Below, in pieces: positions 23,100-36,368 of a stretch of 54,631 nt of DNA. Position 1 is the stretch's first letter. Each line of letters starts with the position of its first letter. The notes beneath the pieces are model-generated. The model searched no databases and was not told the origin of the DNA. It saw nothing but the letters and a program-made list of their open reading frames with translations. The translations under genes were made by a program, and so were the position numbers. The DNA comes from Guillardia theta CCMP2712 (Eukaryota > Protista > Cryptophyta): the NCBI RefSeq assembly GCF_000315625.1, contig NW_005434514.1, positions 70,740 to 125,370 on the forward strand. Direction: 5' to 3'.

Positions 23100-26000
23100 C
23101 AATAGCAGGAAAGCAGCATCGTACCGGTACTTGAGGGCGAGCGAGACGATCTTCTGATGGCGAGGGAGGAGCAGGTCGTACCTGGCATGCCCTTTCACTC
23201 GCTCCTCACTCGCTCCTCCTCCAACCTCTCTCTTGCTCTGACTGAATCAAGCTCCTGAGCTCTGCTGTAGAGCACATCGGCTTGCCGGATCTGGAAGGCA
23301 GCTGCTTAGCACCGCGCCTCCTCAGCTGGGAATTCTCACCTCCTTTCTGCTCAGCTCGTGGAAGAGCCCCTTGTGAATCAGCGCGTCTGGCATGTGACAC
23401 GTCATCACAAACCCCCAGCTCACCCCCAGCACAGGCCCTCACCCATGTTGTCCTCGTGGAAGTCAGTAGCCCTCGCATAGAACTCCTCTGCCATCTCCAC
23501 GTCTCCCTTCACCTCGCACACCTGCAATCCTCCTCACCCTCCGACTCTTCTCAGCTCCCTCCACCTGGGCAAACCCAACGAGCGCGTGAATCTGCCCTGG
23601 ATTCCTCCTCAACGCTCTCTTGTACATCCGCTCGGCCCTGAAGGGGCATGATCTCCTGAAGCAGCAGCGAGGCGAGAGGAGGAGAGGGGAGGAAGACGAG
23701 GAAGGAGAGACGAGCAGAGCAGAGGGGCAAGGGAGCGGAGAGGAACGGTTGGGGGCGGGAAGCAGGTTCACCCATCCGTATCCATCTTTGTCTCGAGCAG
23801 GAGGCGCCCGTACTGAGTCATATCGTCTTAGCTGGTGAAGAGGAGGAAGCAGGGGTCTTTACAGTCAGGCAGGTGGGGATGTGGAAGGGGTCGAGCTGGA
23901 GAGCCTTGTTGAGAAGCTCTAGAGGCATGTCAGCAGAGCGGGGGAGGGACTTGCTGCTCGGCAGACCTGCAGCCTTGTCGATCCGACCTCGCTCAGCCTG
24001 TAGAGGAGGATGAGAAGAAGAACTCAGAGCCAACGTTCTCCTACCTGGAGGATCCCAAAGTTGTGGCATGTTGTCACCATGTTCTCTTCCGCGTTGCGGG
24101 ACGTCATGGCACGACGATACATGCTCTCAGCAGCCTCATACTCTGATTGGGCACCAACAATGAGCGAGGACACGCTGTAACTGTTGAACCCCCACCTTTC
24201 AGCTGGGCCAGAACGCTTCCCATGTTGTTCAGCAGCTCCGACTTGTGAGGGTCATACTGCAGCGCCAGGTTGTACATGGCTCTGACAGGCGGTGAGAGGA
24301 GGAGTTGCTGAGAAGTGAACCCCTCACTTGGCAAGTTGCAGGTCCCTCCTCCCGTCATGCAAGAGAGCGCCGAAGTTGTACAAGACAGCTGGAAGACACT
24401 CGCTGTCACATCAACACACACCCCAGCTGAAGCCCACCTGCGTACTCCAGCCGAGATGGAAGGAGCCCAGTGGAATTTCTCAGGTCGTGATATTCCACGG
24501 TGAAATATCCAGGGGCGGACTGAATTTCAAAATGACAATTTCAAACCTTGATTGCAGAATATTTCAATGTGAACGACCCACCGGTGCCCATCCTACTGCA
24601 CGTTGATACAGTTCCTCCGCACTTGACAGCCAAGTAAGGCAGGAAGAGAGAATAAGAGAAGAGGAGAGGAGAGGAGAGGAGAGGAGAGGAGAGGAGAGGA
24701 GAGGAGAGGAGAGGAGAGGAGAGGAGAGGAGAGGAGAGGAGAGGAGAGGAGGGGNNNNNNNNNNNNNNNNNNNNNNNNNNNNNNNNNNNNNNNNNNNNNN
24801 NNNNNNNNNNNNNNNNNNNNNNNNNNNNNNNNNNNNNNNNNNNNNNNNNNNNNNTCCGCATTAGATCCTGCTCGTCGGACTTCTCCACTCGGGTATTGTC
24901 CCTGTTTCTACCCTGTGCCAGTATCCAACGCCCGTGTTATGTTCAATCGAAGATGTGGTTTTACAGTGGTCCTGGTTGTGTGTGTGGTCGGTAGCAGCAC
25001 AAAAAGCACAATGCAGGGCGCGCAGGACGCAAGAATAGTGCGGGACCGAAGGAGATTGGATAGATAGATGAAGAATGTGAAACAGAATCTGTAGAACCTA
25101 ACAGACGGTATATACTAGACGAGGGAGAAAAGTCTTGATGGCTTTGATGGGGAATGAGCAAGAAGTGTAAACTTAATGAGCAGGTGGACTTTGTTCCAGA
25201 GGAGAGGAGAGGGAGGAGGAGAGGAGAGGAGAGGAGAGGAGGAGAAGAGAGAAGAAGCCAACAGAAGGAGAGCTGATAGCTGATGGAAACGGAGTATGGG
25301 AGCAGGATGTGGAAGAAGACGGGGAGGTGGAAAGGAAGGAGGAGGAGGCGGCAGACTTCGACATCTGTCCTTCCCTCACCGATCCAAGTTGTCATTGACC
25401 GTGTGATGAAGGGCTGCAAGGTTTCCCAGGACAAGAACATGGTTGGGGTCGACCTGCACCAACGTCATACCCGACGGCAGCAGCCGGGAAGGAAACTCAC
25501 GAGCAGAGCTCGCTTGTACATCTCCTCCGCCGCCACGGCATCATGGAGAACCTGCGGGTCGTCACAGGAAGGACGGGAGGCAGCAAGGAGAGCTCTTACC
25601 TCGAAGAGAAAGTTTCCGTAGACCAGCGCGACCAGAGGATCATTGGGAGCGACCGCAAGCGCAGAGCTGAAAGAGGCGTTGGTCTGCGGTGAACCCAGTG
25701 AGTGCTAGGAAGGACCAGCTCCTCCTGCTCACCTTGGAGACTGCCTCCTCGTCCTCCAGCACCAGTCTCATGAAGTGGAAGAACTCCATGATGTTGGTGA
25801 TGTTGCTCGGATTCGCCGCTAGCTCAGCCTTCAAGGAGCTTTCGATCTCCTCGATCTGGTCGCGTCCTCTCGTCAACGAGCAGCTGAGACAGACAGCCCT
25901 CACCTCCTTCGTAACGTCATCCTGCTTCGCCTCCCCCTGCTTGGCCCCGTCGATCAACGCTTCAACCGGGAACTGATATCGACTTTTGTTCGCAGGCAAC

Positions 26001-26127
26001 TTCAGGTCGTGGCTGCCCGCGTTCAAACCTAGTAGACAAGTCAACTAAAAGCTCCTTTATGATCAAGATCAGGATCATAAGGAGGGAAGAGGGGAGGAGG
26101 AGGAAGATGGGGTAGCGATTTACCCAT
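23100..26127 (-). CDS. Tetratricopeptide-repeat (TPR) protein, multi-exon
   Basis: Spliced TPR consensus units: ALAVAPNDPLVALVYGNFL, AEEMYKRALL|VDPNHVLVLGNLA, AEELYQRAV, AMYNLALQYDPHKSELLNNMG, AESMYRRAM, LLNKALQLDPFH, AERMYKRALRRNPGQ. The gene may extend upstream toward 28085. Confidence 0.8.
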
Positions 26128-26139
26128 GCTGGAGGGGTT

Positions 26140-28085
26140 CGACGAGAGTGACGCTTGCGAGTATGTGGCAGTTAAGCTTGCGTTCCTGAGCTTATGTTCA
26201 GATTCGTTGCTATGCCGCACAGCAACTCACTTTCGAGCAACGGTCGAGCCTCCTCCTGCAGTCTGAAGTCCCCCGAAGAATTTCCTTGAATGTCAAGATG
26301 AGGGGAAAGGTGATGGTAGGGACAACCAAAGTTTCACCAGCATCCATTGCTGACGTGTCACGTTTATCATGCGAAGTTCCTGAAGATTGCAGTTGCACTT
26401 TTGAACAAGTTTCGATCAGAATTGACATCTAAACTCGAGATCGAACATGCAAATCAACTTGCACAAGCTCATGGCCGCAGACGGTTCGAGGTATTCTCAT
26501 CATCACTTCAACATCTCCTTTCTCACCTGCGGTCGCATTCCCTTTGCTCTTTTGCCGCACAGTCTCATTCCTGGGAGCTGCAGTGGCAGCTGAACTGGCG
26601 TGTCAAAGTCCAAAGTCAACGGATCACAGAGACCGGAGGTTTGAGGTGTGTTGGCCGTCTGCAGGAGACTCGCATGAGTGGATTTACAACAATGACATGC
26701 GATGGAAACCTTAGAAATGCTGCTGACTTTGACGCTCTGTTCGATTTCCAACCATTCCAGTCAGCAACGGTGAGCTCAGCAGCCTTTCGCGTCTCACCGG
26801 GTTAGCGCGATGCTCGCATGCATCATCGATGGTGTTGGCAGGATGGTTGACCTTGTGATCTTTCAGGGTATCAGAGGACTTGTCGCAACGTGGAAGTAGA
26901 ACACTAACCCTGCTGCAAGGGGATGGAGGATGGAGGAACCACGGGGGAGGATATGCTCTCATTCCTTGACAGTGATCCTTGGGCCTAAAGGAAGACTTTT
27001 TCATGTACATGTACAGTCAGTGGCTTTTGTTACCGATCTCGATTGAGGGTTCATATGATTGTCGGCAGAGATTTTCTGTTTGCAAGCAAGATCACAACAG
27101 GCTGGAGTTTATCCCCAACAACGTTACCTTGGCAGGTTCAGCAGACACAGGGGGCAACTGGGCAGGGCGATTTCAGCACAGGAGGACAGAAACGTCAAGA
27201 GTTCGAGTCGTCCATACCTTGGATGCGGTAGACGAAGTCCCATCTTCCACAGGGCCCGAGACCTGCTGTTCTACCTCACCTTGCCTATGATGGTGCCCCC
27301 TCCATATGCAGGCTCAACTTACATCATTCTGGTCTGATTTTCCTCCTCGAAGGTGCAAGGTACAGAATTTCCTTCCTGGTAATGTGACCCCTGCACTGCC
27401 ACTCCACGTCCTAGTCAAGCACTGGTGAAGCGCATGTCCCTGATTTGTGCCCGATATCTTCCATGCGCAGATTACCAATATTATGATGGAGATTGTAAAT
27501 CTCCTTGATGCATATCCCTTGTTCATCTAGATCGCATCAAACAGTAGCCTTCTCCTTCGCGTCCGCTCCTCTTCCTCGCTGTAGGACCTCAATCTCCACG
27601 ATTGCCCGAAAGCTCTTGACAGTGTTGAAGAATGGAAGTCGATCCAAAGATGAAGAGCTGAAGTCGATCAGAAGGCGATTAGCTGAGGTCGGTCGGAATA
27701 ATCTCAGCCTACAGGTGATTCAGTTGCAACACTTTGCTAATGGGTCAGGTATGTAATTCGAGTGACCACATGTTTCCAGGGCAATCAACTGCATCTTCCC
27801 CTCGCTCCTGCCTTCGCAGCTTAATCAAGTTGCAATTTCTCGGGTCCGTCCTATCTGCCCCTCCCTTTTGTCTTGACTGCTCCGCATTGGAGATCGAAAG
27901 CTTTCGCAACTTCGAGAAGATCGAATCGAAAGATGATTGTAAACTTTTCTACATGCACTATCCTTTCCACTTGGATCCATCTGCTCTTGTATCTGCTGCC
28001 CTTTCGCGCCCATCATCCTCTCTCCCCCCTCCTCCCCTCCGCCCCCTCCTGCTCCTGCACTCCTTGACCAACCTGTTGTGCCCAT
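26140..28085. other. Probable short coding exons of uncertain strand (5' extension of the TPR gene or a separate hypothetical gene)
   Basis: Non-repetitive sequence with many splice-like signals and no recognisable domain. Confidence 0.3.
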
Positions 28086-28380
28086 AGGCGAAAATTGCAG
28101 TCGTTACTTCCGTTACTATTTGCTTTCAGTGGGCTTGCAAGCGGCCTGTCACCCGGCCGGGCCCGCAGACCCGGTGGGTAATAGTAACGTGTGTGTAACG
28201 GTTTGTTTTTTTAGGGAGGGTCCTCGTGCACGCGCTTTCAAGAGGGTAATGCGCGCACGCTGGCATGCGATGCTGATGGAGGAGAGGAGGGAGAGGGGCG
28301 GGGGGATGCGGGAGGAAACGGGGGAGGGAGATGATTTCACGATAGTGTTGAAATGTTGCACTTGTGCTCATGTTTGCATG

Positions 28381-28404
28381 CTGTTCTTTCTTTCTGCTCT
28401 CTGC
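28381..28404 (+). promoter_or_regulatory. Pyrimidine tract, candidate 5'TOP-like transcription start of RPS12
   Basis: CTGTTCTTTCTTTCTGCTCTCTGC lies upstream of a probable 5'UTR intron (~28440-28556) of a ribosomal protein gene. Confidence 0.35.
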
Positions 28405-28580
28405 AAACTGTTGATCTACCAAGACCGTCCTGGGTTGAGGTGTCATCCGTGACAGATGCGAACTTGTTTCTTTATGTGCATGTCAATGTGATGAAAACCT
28501 GCTCTATGTTCCTTCATCGTCAACACTCATCCAGAATCTGACGGCCTCTCTTCCAGGACGACCCTTTGGTGACCTCCAAG

Positions 28581-29138
28581 ATGGCAGACGACGAGCCCGT
28601 TGAAACCGAAGAACAGCCCCAAGTCCCCGCTGAGGGCGGAGTCATGGATCTCAACTCTGCGTTGAAGCAGGCGTTGAAGAAGGCTCTGATCCACGACGGG
28701 GTCGCCCGTGGTGTGCGCGAGGCCGTCAAGGCTCTCGATCGCCGCCAGGCACATCTTTGCATTCTCGCGCAGGACTGCGACTCTGCCGAGTATGTTCGCC
28801 TTGTCGAGGCTCTCGCTCAGGAGAGCGGCATCAAGATCGTCAAGGTTCCTGATGGCAAGACTCTGGGCGAGTGGGTTGGTCTCTGCAAGCTTGACCGCGA
28901 GGGCAAGCCCAGGAAGGTAGTCAAGTGCTCGTGCGCTGTCATCAAGGACTGGGGCGAGCAGGTACAGCCACCTCCTCATCCTCCATGTTCTTTCTCCTGT
29001 CTTCTCTGCCTCAATATCCCTTGTTATCTCGCAGTCTCTCGCCCTCCTTGCCTCGTTCTGTGAGTCCCTCGTGCTGACTGGCTTGCGATGCAGAGCGAGG
29101 CCAAGAACTTCCTCAGCGAGCAGCTCGCCAGCTCTTAG
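28581..29138 (+). CDS. RPS12: 40S ribosomal protein S12 (eS12)
   Basis: [32 protein letters not shown]...[32 protein letters not shown]. Intron 28962-29093, then last exon [14 protein letters not shown]. Confidence 0.97.
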
Positions 29139-29895
29139 GCGACGGGACCTGTGGATATTCATTCTTTCGTTAAACTGTGAATGATGTTGCATGTCTATCT
29201 TGTGCCTGGATCAGGTCTCACAGTTTGGAGAAAACTTGTCCCCGCACACCTAAAATGCGATACCCTTTCGCAAATTCGGAGCTTGAGACTGTCGCTCCTC
29301 TTAGCTTAATCTCAATGACAGTCTGGTCTTTCGATTTCTTGATCGATATCAGACGGACTGCCTCATGCTGGTTACATACTTCGTGTCTGCTTCATGATCG
29401 CCGCCACCCTTTGCTTCACTGGGCCGTGTCGTTATTGAGGATAGCGTCGGAAGTCAGTTGTCATGTCCGTGGGTCGCTACTTTCACAGGTTCAGCTGCTC
29501 TGAGCAACTGATCATCTCTCAATGTTCACGCAAGTATCACTGAGTCGGGGCGGCCGCGCTGCTACGGACTCTGGGAGTCCCGGGGCCCGGCCCGGCCGGC
29601 CGGCGGCCCGGTGCCCCACCGGCGGCAGTCAGTTGCCGTTAACTTAGTAAAAGTAGATGGGTGGGTGCTCTACCAGTGATATCGTGGGGGGTGGGGTGGG
29701 TCAAAGTCAAATCTGAAATGCAGTCCGATCGATGGTGAAAATGGAGGAAGACAAGGGAGGAAGGAGCAAGGAGCAAGGAGGAGCTAGGGACCGACATGGC
29801 GCCTGTGAAGTTGGCTGTCTGCTCGTTTGACGTCCTGAGTGAGAGGAGGAGGAGCTCGTGCTCGTCAGGGTGTATGCTCCTGCCGCCTTGTTGAC

Positions 29896-32800
29896 ATGAG
29901 GTCGAGCCCGCTGTTTGATCCCTCTCCTCGCCCTAGAGAGCAGCCGTGGGCCCCACGAGAGAGGAGGAGTAGAGATGCTGCATCGAAGCAAGAGAAACGG
30001 CAGGTCTTGCCCCCGCAGCAACAAGGAGCGAAGGAAGCTAGGTCTTACCACAAACCATCACCAAGATCTGCGGAGTATCTCTACAGGACGCAAGCGCAGT
30101 CCGTGGAGGTCGGGAGAGGAGTGGCAGGAGGAGCAGCAGGAGCCATAGTCCACGATGTGGTCAGTCAGAGGTTGGAACAGCTCTTCCAAGAGTTCCAAGT
30201 AGACGGACCTCTGCTGGAGAGCCTGCGAGGGGCGCTGCTAGCAAGTACGATTGAAAACCCTGAGGGGAGGGGGAATCTGATGACAAACACATCAGGAGAG
30301 ACCTCCAAACATGCCAAGGATCTTGGCGATGCTGAGACGATAAGCGCCGAAGTGATCCCACCAGAGCCCCCAGGTCGACCTCCCAAGTTTGTGCAGATCG
30401 AGTCTATCAAGGTATGAGTTGCTCCAGGGGAGCTGGGGAGGAGGTGGGATGGGATGACTTTTGACGACAGGAAGCCCAACAAGAGGAGAAGGAGCCTGCA
30501 GATGATGACGAGGCAAGCGCTCCGTCTCCTGTTCAAACCAGGGATTCTCAGAGTGCTGGTCAGCCTCCCAACGGAGCGAGGCTCGTTCAGGTAGCACAGG
30601 GGCAGGAGCGATCGACAGCGGAGGGACCCATAGACGTGTCTCCGCATCCTCCGAGTCTGAAATCAGAGCCTCCATCATCCATGGCAGACGACGTGACTGG
30701 AGCTGCGGAGGGAGGGAGGACGGTGGAAGCAAGGACTGAACGACCTGTCATGAGTGAGAAACCAGCTACAAGGGAGGACCCCCCTGTGAAGGACGTGGAG
30801 ATTGGTCAGAGAGGAAAGGCGGTTGTCTCGTCACATGCTGAGGGCAGCAGGAGCGTGAGCGATGGTGTTGCTCGGATGATGCAGGCAGCGTCTGTGTGGC
30901 AGAAGCGATGCATCGATGCCGAGGAGGCGACCCAGCGGGTGTATCCGATCCTGTCAAAAGCGTGCAGCCGGCTGCAGCTCAAGGTGGAGGAGGAGGAGGA
31001 ATGCAGGAGGGTCATCAGCTTGATGAAAGCAGAGGTGAAGCGACTCCGCGCCTGGCAGCAAGACAGCGAAAACAAGCTGCTCGCTTCCCAGCAAGAGTGC
31101 CGGACTCTCTCCCAGCAGGTCCAGAGCCTGACGGGCAGGCTGGCAGACAGGGAGAAGGAGGTTGGTGGGGTCAGTAGGAGCGTCGGGCAGGAGGAGGATG
31201 CATCCTTGAGGACTCTAGAGATGGAGGAGGAGCTGAACATGTCGAGGGAGCTGATAGGTGAGCTGAAGACCCAGGTGGGTGAGCTGAGAAGTCGAAACGT
31301 CGAGCTGGAAAACATCCTCGAGCGCTACGTCCACCTCTGGAATCCGCAGGCATCACAAGAGGAGGAGAGGAGGAGGAGGAGGAGAGGGAGAGAGGAGGAG
31401 GAGGAGAGGGAGGTTGATCTTGGAGACCTTGGATCGCTCCTCTCCTCCGGCCTGGTGACGAAGGCGAGGAGCAACTGGATGGCGACATGGCGAGGGGAGG
31501 CGGAGAAGCACAAGGAGGCGCTGGAGCATCGGGAGAAGGAGATGAATGCTCTGATAGCTGTGCTGGAGCAGACGACGATGCAGGTGGCCGCGCTAGAGGA
31601 GGAGAAGGAGAGGGAGAGGGAGTTGAGAGTGAAAGCGGAGCACGAGAAGGAGAGCAGCGAGATCAGAGTGAGGGAGGCGGAGCAGCACAGCAGGTTGCTG
31701 GCGCGAGAGAAGGGGGAACTGCAGGAGGAGGTCAAGAGGCTGCAAGCTGCTGTCCGGGCATGTCAGGCGAGGATGTACCAGCACTCGCTGTCTCTCGCAC
31801 AGAACGCTCTTCCTCTTCCTCCTGGGGGGTCGCGCGAGCTCAAGGCGGCTGAGCTCCCTCACCCCAGCTCCCTCTCCGACGCCCTCCCTCCACTCTCCCA
31901 TCGATCGCTGGAGGGGAGCAAGGAGGAGGAGGCTGCCGGCAGCAAGGGCATCGAGGGCGATCCTTCTTCCTCCTTCTCTCCTCCCCCACCGGCGGCTGCT
32001 TCACACAACCAGCAGCTCGTGAGGCAGGAGGAGGAGCTGCTGAAGCTGCGGGCCAAAGTCCTCGAGCAGAGGACGTGGGGCCTCAAGGCATGGCAGGAGA
32101 TCCAGCGGCTGAACGGGATGAAGCTGAATCTGGAGCAGGAGGTGGAGTTCTTCAAGGAGAGGATAGTGGAGGACGAGAGGAGGAAAGAGAACGCCGCGAC
32201 CTCTGAGCTGCTCCGGGAGTGCCTGTGGCTGGCGGTGAAGGAGAACAAGGCTCTGCTACTTTCTGACTTCGTCAACCTGCCCAGCAGCGATAGAGAGGAG
32301 TACATGAGCAGGGTAACGGCCGTCCTGCAGGCAGCGTCCCTCTCTTCGGGGAAAGACGATTCTCTCCCTCCGAACCTTGCCTCCGCCTCCGTCAACGACA
32401 CATGCATCGGGCTGATGCAGCTGCTGAAGAAGGAGAAGGCGAAGCTCAGGGAGGCCAGGATGAGGAACAAGGAGCTGGAGGAGGAGGTAGGGCGCCTGCA
32501 GGACGAGACTAGAAAGCTGCAGGAGATCGCGGATATGAGAGGATACGTGGCAGTGCAGGTTCCTTCAAACTCGCACCCTCCTCCTCCCCTCCCACCCTCC
32601 TCTCCTCTCCTCTCCTCTCCTCTCCTCTCCTCTCCTCTCCTCTCCCCTCCTCTCCTCTCCCCTCCCCTCCCCTCCTCTCCTCTCCTCTCCTCTCCTCTCC
32701 TCTCCTCTCCTCTCCTCTCCTCTCCTCTCCTACCCTACCCTACCCTACCCTCTCCTCCCCTCCCCTCCCCTCCCCTCCCCTCTTCTCTTCTCTTCTCTCC

Positions 32801-34793
32801 TCTCCTCTCTCTGTCTTCTCCTCATTGTTCAACTGTTCTCATGATATGCGGCAGGCAAAGGAGCAGCTGAGGAGCGTCCTGGGGGTAGACGAGAGCTTCG
32901 GCTACATGCAGGGAGGACGCGAGAGGACACCAACGGAAGACATCGCGGCGATGTCAGTGAAGATGAGAGAGCTGCTGCATGTAAGAGACAACAAGACAAG
33001 TTTCATTCATATGTCCATGACAACAAATAGCACAAAGAGCGCTCTGTGCGCGCGTGTTGCTAACTTGCACCGCAGAGAGCAAAGGAGAAAGATTCCATCA
33101 TTGCCTTGTTGAAGAGAAAACTAGCAGAGGAGGTGAATTTGTTGGTTGAATTTCTTTGCTGATCTCTGACCTCGACTGGAGCAGACACGGAGGAAACAGT
33201 TGTCAAGAGAGGAGGAGGAGGAGGAGGAGGAGGAGGAGGAATTTTCGTCCTCAGATTCGGAAAATGATCAGGGGGTGGTCGGTCTCTTTTTCAATGAGGA
33301 TGACGATGGTGAGGACAGGGATGTAGAGATGGGGGAGGAGGAGGAGGAAGGGAAGGACGAGGGCGAGGACGAGGAAGAAGAGGAAGAGTTTTCTAACGCC
33401 ATGGCAGGAAACATCGTTGTTAAGAGCATCGCAGTGGGCAGTCCAGCACATGTAAATGGCTCGATCGAAGTCAGAGACATCCTGTCAGCAATCGACGATG
33501 AAGATATGACGGGGAAGGTAAAGAAAGGAGAGCGAGGAGGAGGAGAAACATGAGGGAATATAGAGGGGGGGGAGAGGAGAATTTTGTTATGAGTGGTGAG
33601 GGAGGAAGGGGAAGTTGGGGGAGAGGGGAAGGAGGAGGATGAGGAGGAGGAGAAGCAATTTCATCCTCTCTCACAGCCTCCCATATCTTTTCTCGACTGA
33701 CGAGTTTGGTTTGGTTTTAAAGTCCATCATGGAGGTCAAAGAAAAAATCAAAGGTTTTGTACATCCTCCACCTCCTTTCTTACATCCTTGCTCCTCTCTC
33801 CCCTCCTCTCCTCCTCCCTGTCCTCCTCCTCTCCCTCTCTTGCTCCCCCTCATCCTCCTTCTCCTCCTTCTCCTCCTTCTCCTTCTCCTTCCGTTCTTCA
33901 TTCTTTTCTCACTTCCTGTCGTCAAGGTGTTCCTGGGACCTCCGTCAGGTTGAGTTTCGTCCGCCTTATTTCTTCTCCTCCTACTATGGCTCCTCCAAGA
34001 TGGCCTCGAGGAAGCAAACTCTACCGGTACAACTTCTCCTCTCCCTCCTCTTCCTCCTCCTCTTCCTCCTCCTCTTCCTCCTCNNNNNNNNNNNNNNNNN
34101 NNNNNNNNNNNNNNNNNNNNNNNNNNNNNNNNNNNNNNNNNNNNNNNNNNNNNNNNNNNNNNNNNNNNNNNNNNNNNNNNNNNGGAGTCCACCTCCTCCT
34201 CTCCTCCTCCTCTCCTCCTCCTCTCCTCCTCCTCTCCTCTTCTCCTCCTCCTCCTCTTCTCTTCTCCTTCTCCTCCTCCGCCTTCTTTCCCTGCCGCCTC
34301 TTCCGCCGTCTTCTTCCCCAGCCTGACGAAGCGGGACTTGAGCAGGGATGACGTACTGGGGGCTTGCTTGACCTTCGAGGTCGTCTTGAGGAGAGAGGAC
34401 GCAAGGCTTCGCTCCTCCGATCGGATCTCTTGCTCCATCAGTGATGTCTCCTTCGGATGGCCCGACCCTCACCAGCAGCAGCTAAGCCTGGTGGGAGCAG
34501 CTGATATCCCCTCCCCTCCTCTCCTCTCCTCTCCTCTCCTCTCCTCTCCTCTCCTCTCCTCTCCTCTCCTCTCCTCTCCTCTCCTCTCCTCTCCTCTCCT
34601 CTCCTCTCCTCTCCTCTCCTCTCCTCTCCTCTCCTCTCCTCTCCTCTCCTCTCCTCTCCTCTCCTCTCCTCTCCTCTCCTCTCCTCTCTCCTCTCCTCGC
34701 CTCTCCTCTCCTCTCCTCTCTCCTCGCCTCGCCTCTCCTTTTTTTCCTCCCTCCTCTTACTGTTCTGCAGGAATCTGTTTTAATGCACAAGTA
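29896..34793 (+). CDS. Long coiled-coil protein with an acidic linker and a C-terminal PDZ domain
   Basis: Heptad-rich exon at ~30650-32559. Spliced PDZ reads IVVKSIAVGSPAHVNGSIEVRDILSAIDDEDMTGK|SIMEVKEKIK|GVPGTSVRLSFVR. Both ends are approximate. Confidence 0.7.
34515..34740 (+). repeat. (CTCCT)n pentamer microsatellite; the same family occurs at ~13547-13620, 24660-24754 and 32600-32800
   Basis: Directly visible; intronic or intergenic. Confidence 0.95.
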
Positions 34794-35009
34794 GCAAAAT
34801 GCCATACATGTTTTCATGCCCATCGATCAAGTAGAATCGATTAGAATTAGCGCAAGTTCAAATGTTTTAATGTGAAGATCGTGTTTCTTCTCTTCTCCTC
34901 ATTGTCTTCTTATCTTCTTACCATCTCATTCTCATCTTCTTGACATCTTTACATCTAATCTGCTCGACATCTTGACATCTTTTGTCCTGATTTCTTCTGT
35001 TTCTCCCCC

Positions 35010-35335
35010 TCATGACGCTTTGCATATTTTGAGACTTTCCGCAGCCGCATCCAGGTTGAGCTTGCCTGCGGAAATAGTCAGGAAGGGAGTAGGACAAGGA
35101 ACAGACGAGGAGCAGGAGAAGTAGGAGAAGTAGGAGGATGAGAAGGACCACCACCACCAGCAGGGAAGGTGATGTTGTTTACCATTCTTGATGGCTTTCT
35201 TAACATCTCCTACTTTCTGTTTGACATCAGGAACAATTCCAACCTGCCGAATGTCAGCAAAACCTCCTCATCTTTGCTCCTCCTCCTCATCATCATCATC
35301 ATCATGATTATCATCATTACCATCATCATCATTAC

Positions 35336-35385
<50 letters not shown>

Positions 35386-35629
35386 GCAGCATCATCAGCA
35401 TCATCATCATCATCATCATCACCACCACCACCACCACCACCACCACAATCATCGTCATCATCATCATCATTACCATCACCATCATTACCATCACCATNNN
35501 NNNNNNNNNNNNNNNNNNNNNNNNNNNNNNNNNNNNNNNNNNNNNNNNNNNNNNNNNNNNNNNNNNNNNNNNNNNNNNNNNNNNNNNNNNNNNNNNNGAG
35601 GAAAAGCAGCAGCAGCAGCAGCGGCGGCT

Positions 35630-35674
<45 letters not shown>

Positions 35675-36086
35675 GCAGCAGGTGCAGCGGCAGCAGCAGC
35701 AGCAGCAGCAGGTGAAGGAAAACTTGCCATAGGAGTGAGTGTTTCCAACTACCACCGCCCGGCAGTTGTCCTTCAAAGAGCCAGCAAGGACCTGATAACA
35801 AGCAAATTGAGGAGGAAGCAGATAAGAGATCAGAGGAGGAGGAGGAGGAGGAGCAGCAGCAGCAGAGGACAGAGACAATGATCAGGAGAAAGAGGAGGAG
35901 GTAACGGAAGAAAAGGTTGAGCAGCAATAGATGAAGGAAGAAGAGGAGGGGCAGGAGGAGACTCCCACCTCACTCGCGCTCGCGCTCTTATCATCCACAA
36001 GCACAAGCATGGGGGACTTGAGGTCCCAAGTCTCTCGACTCTTCAGCGTCACCTGCAAAGATTTCACAATGTGCAGGTGGAAAGAA

Positions 36087-36117
<31 letters not shown>

Positions 36118-36315
36118 CGCAGGCGCAGGCGTGGTAGTAGGTGCAGGAGCAGGAGCAGGCGCTGAGGAAGGAGGAGCAGGAGCAGGAGCAGGAGCAGGAG
36201 GAGCAACAGGAGCAGCAATGCAGTGTTTTCTCACTGGTTCTTCTTTTCCCTTCCTGTCGATCACGTTGACAAGCCTGCAGAAGATGAGTGAAGGGCAGGA
36301 GGAGGAGGAGGAGGA

Positions 36316-36368
<53 letters not shown>

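Noticed and set aside
26125-26128. Two divergent genes sharing one palindromic CATG start
   Set aside because: The plus-strand frame stops after about 40 codons and the minus-strand exon can be extended upstream, so this is unsupported.
28260-28580. Signal-peptide-like upstream ATG for RPS12 (MLFFLSALCKLL)
   Set aside because: With the probable intron removed it is out of frame with RPS12 and terminates, so it is treated as 5'UTR.
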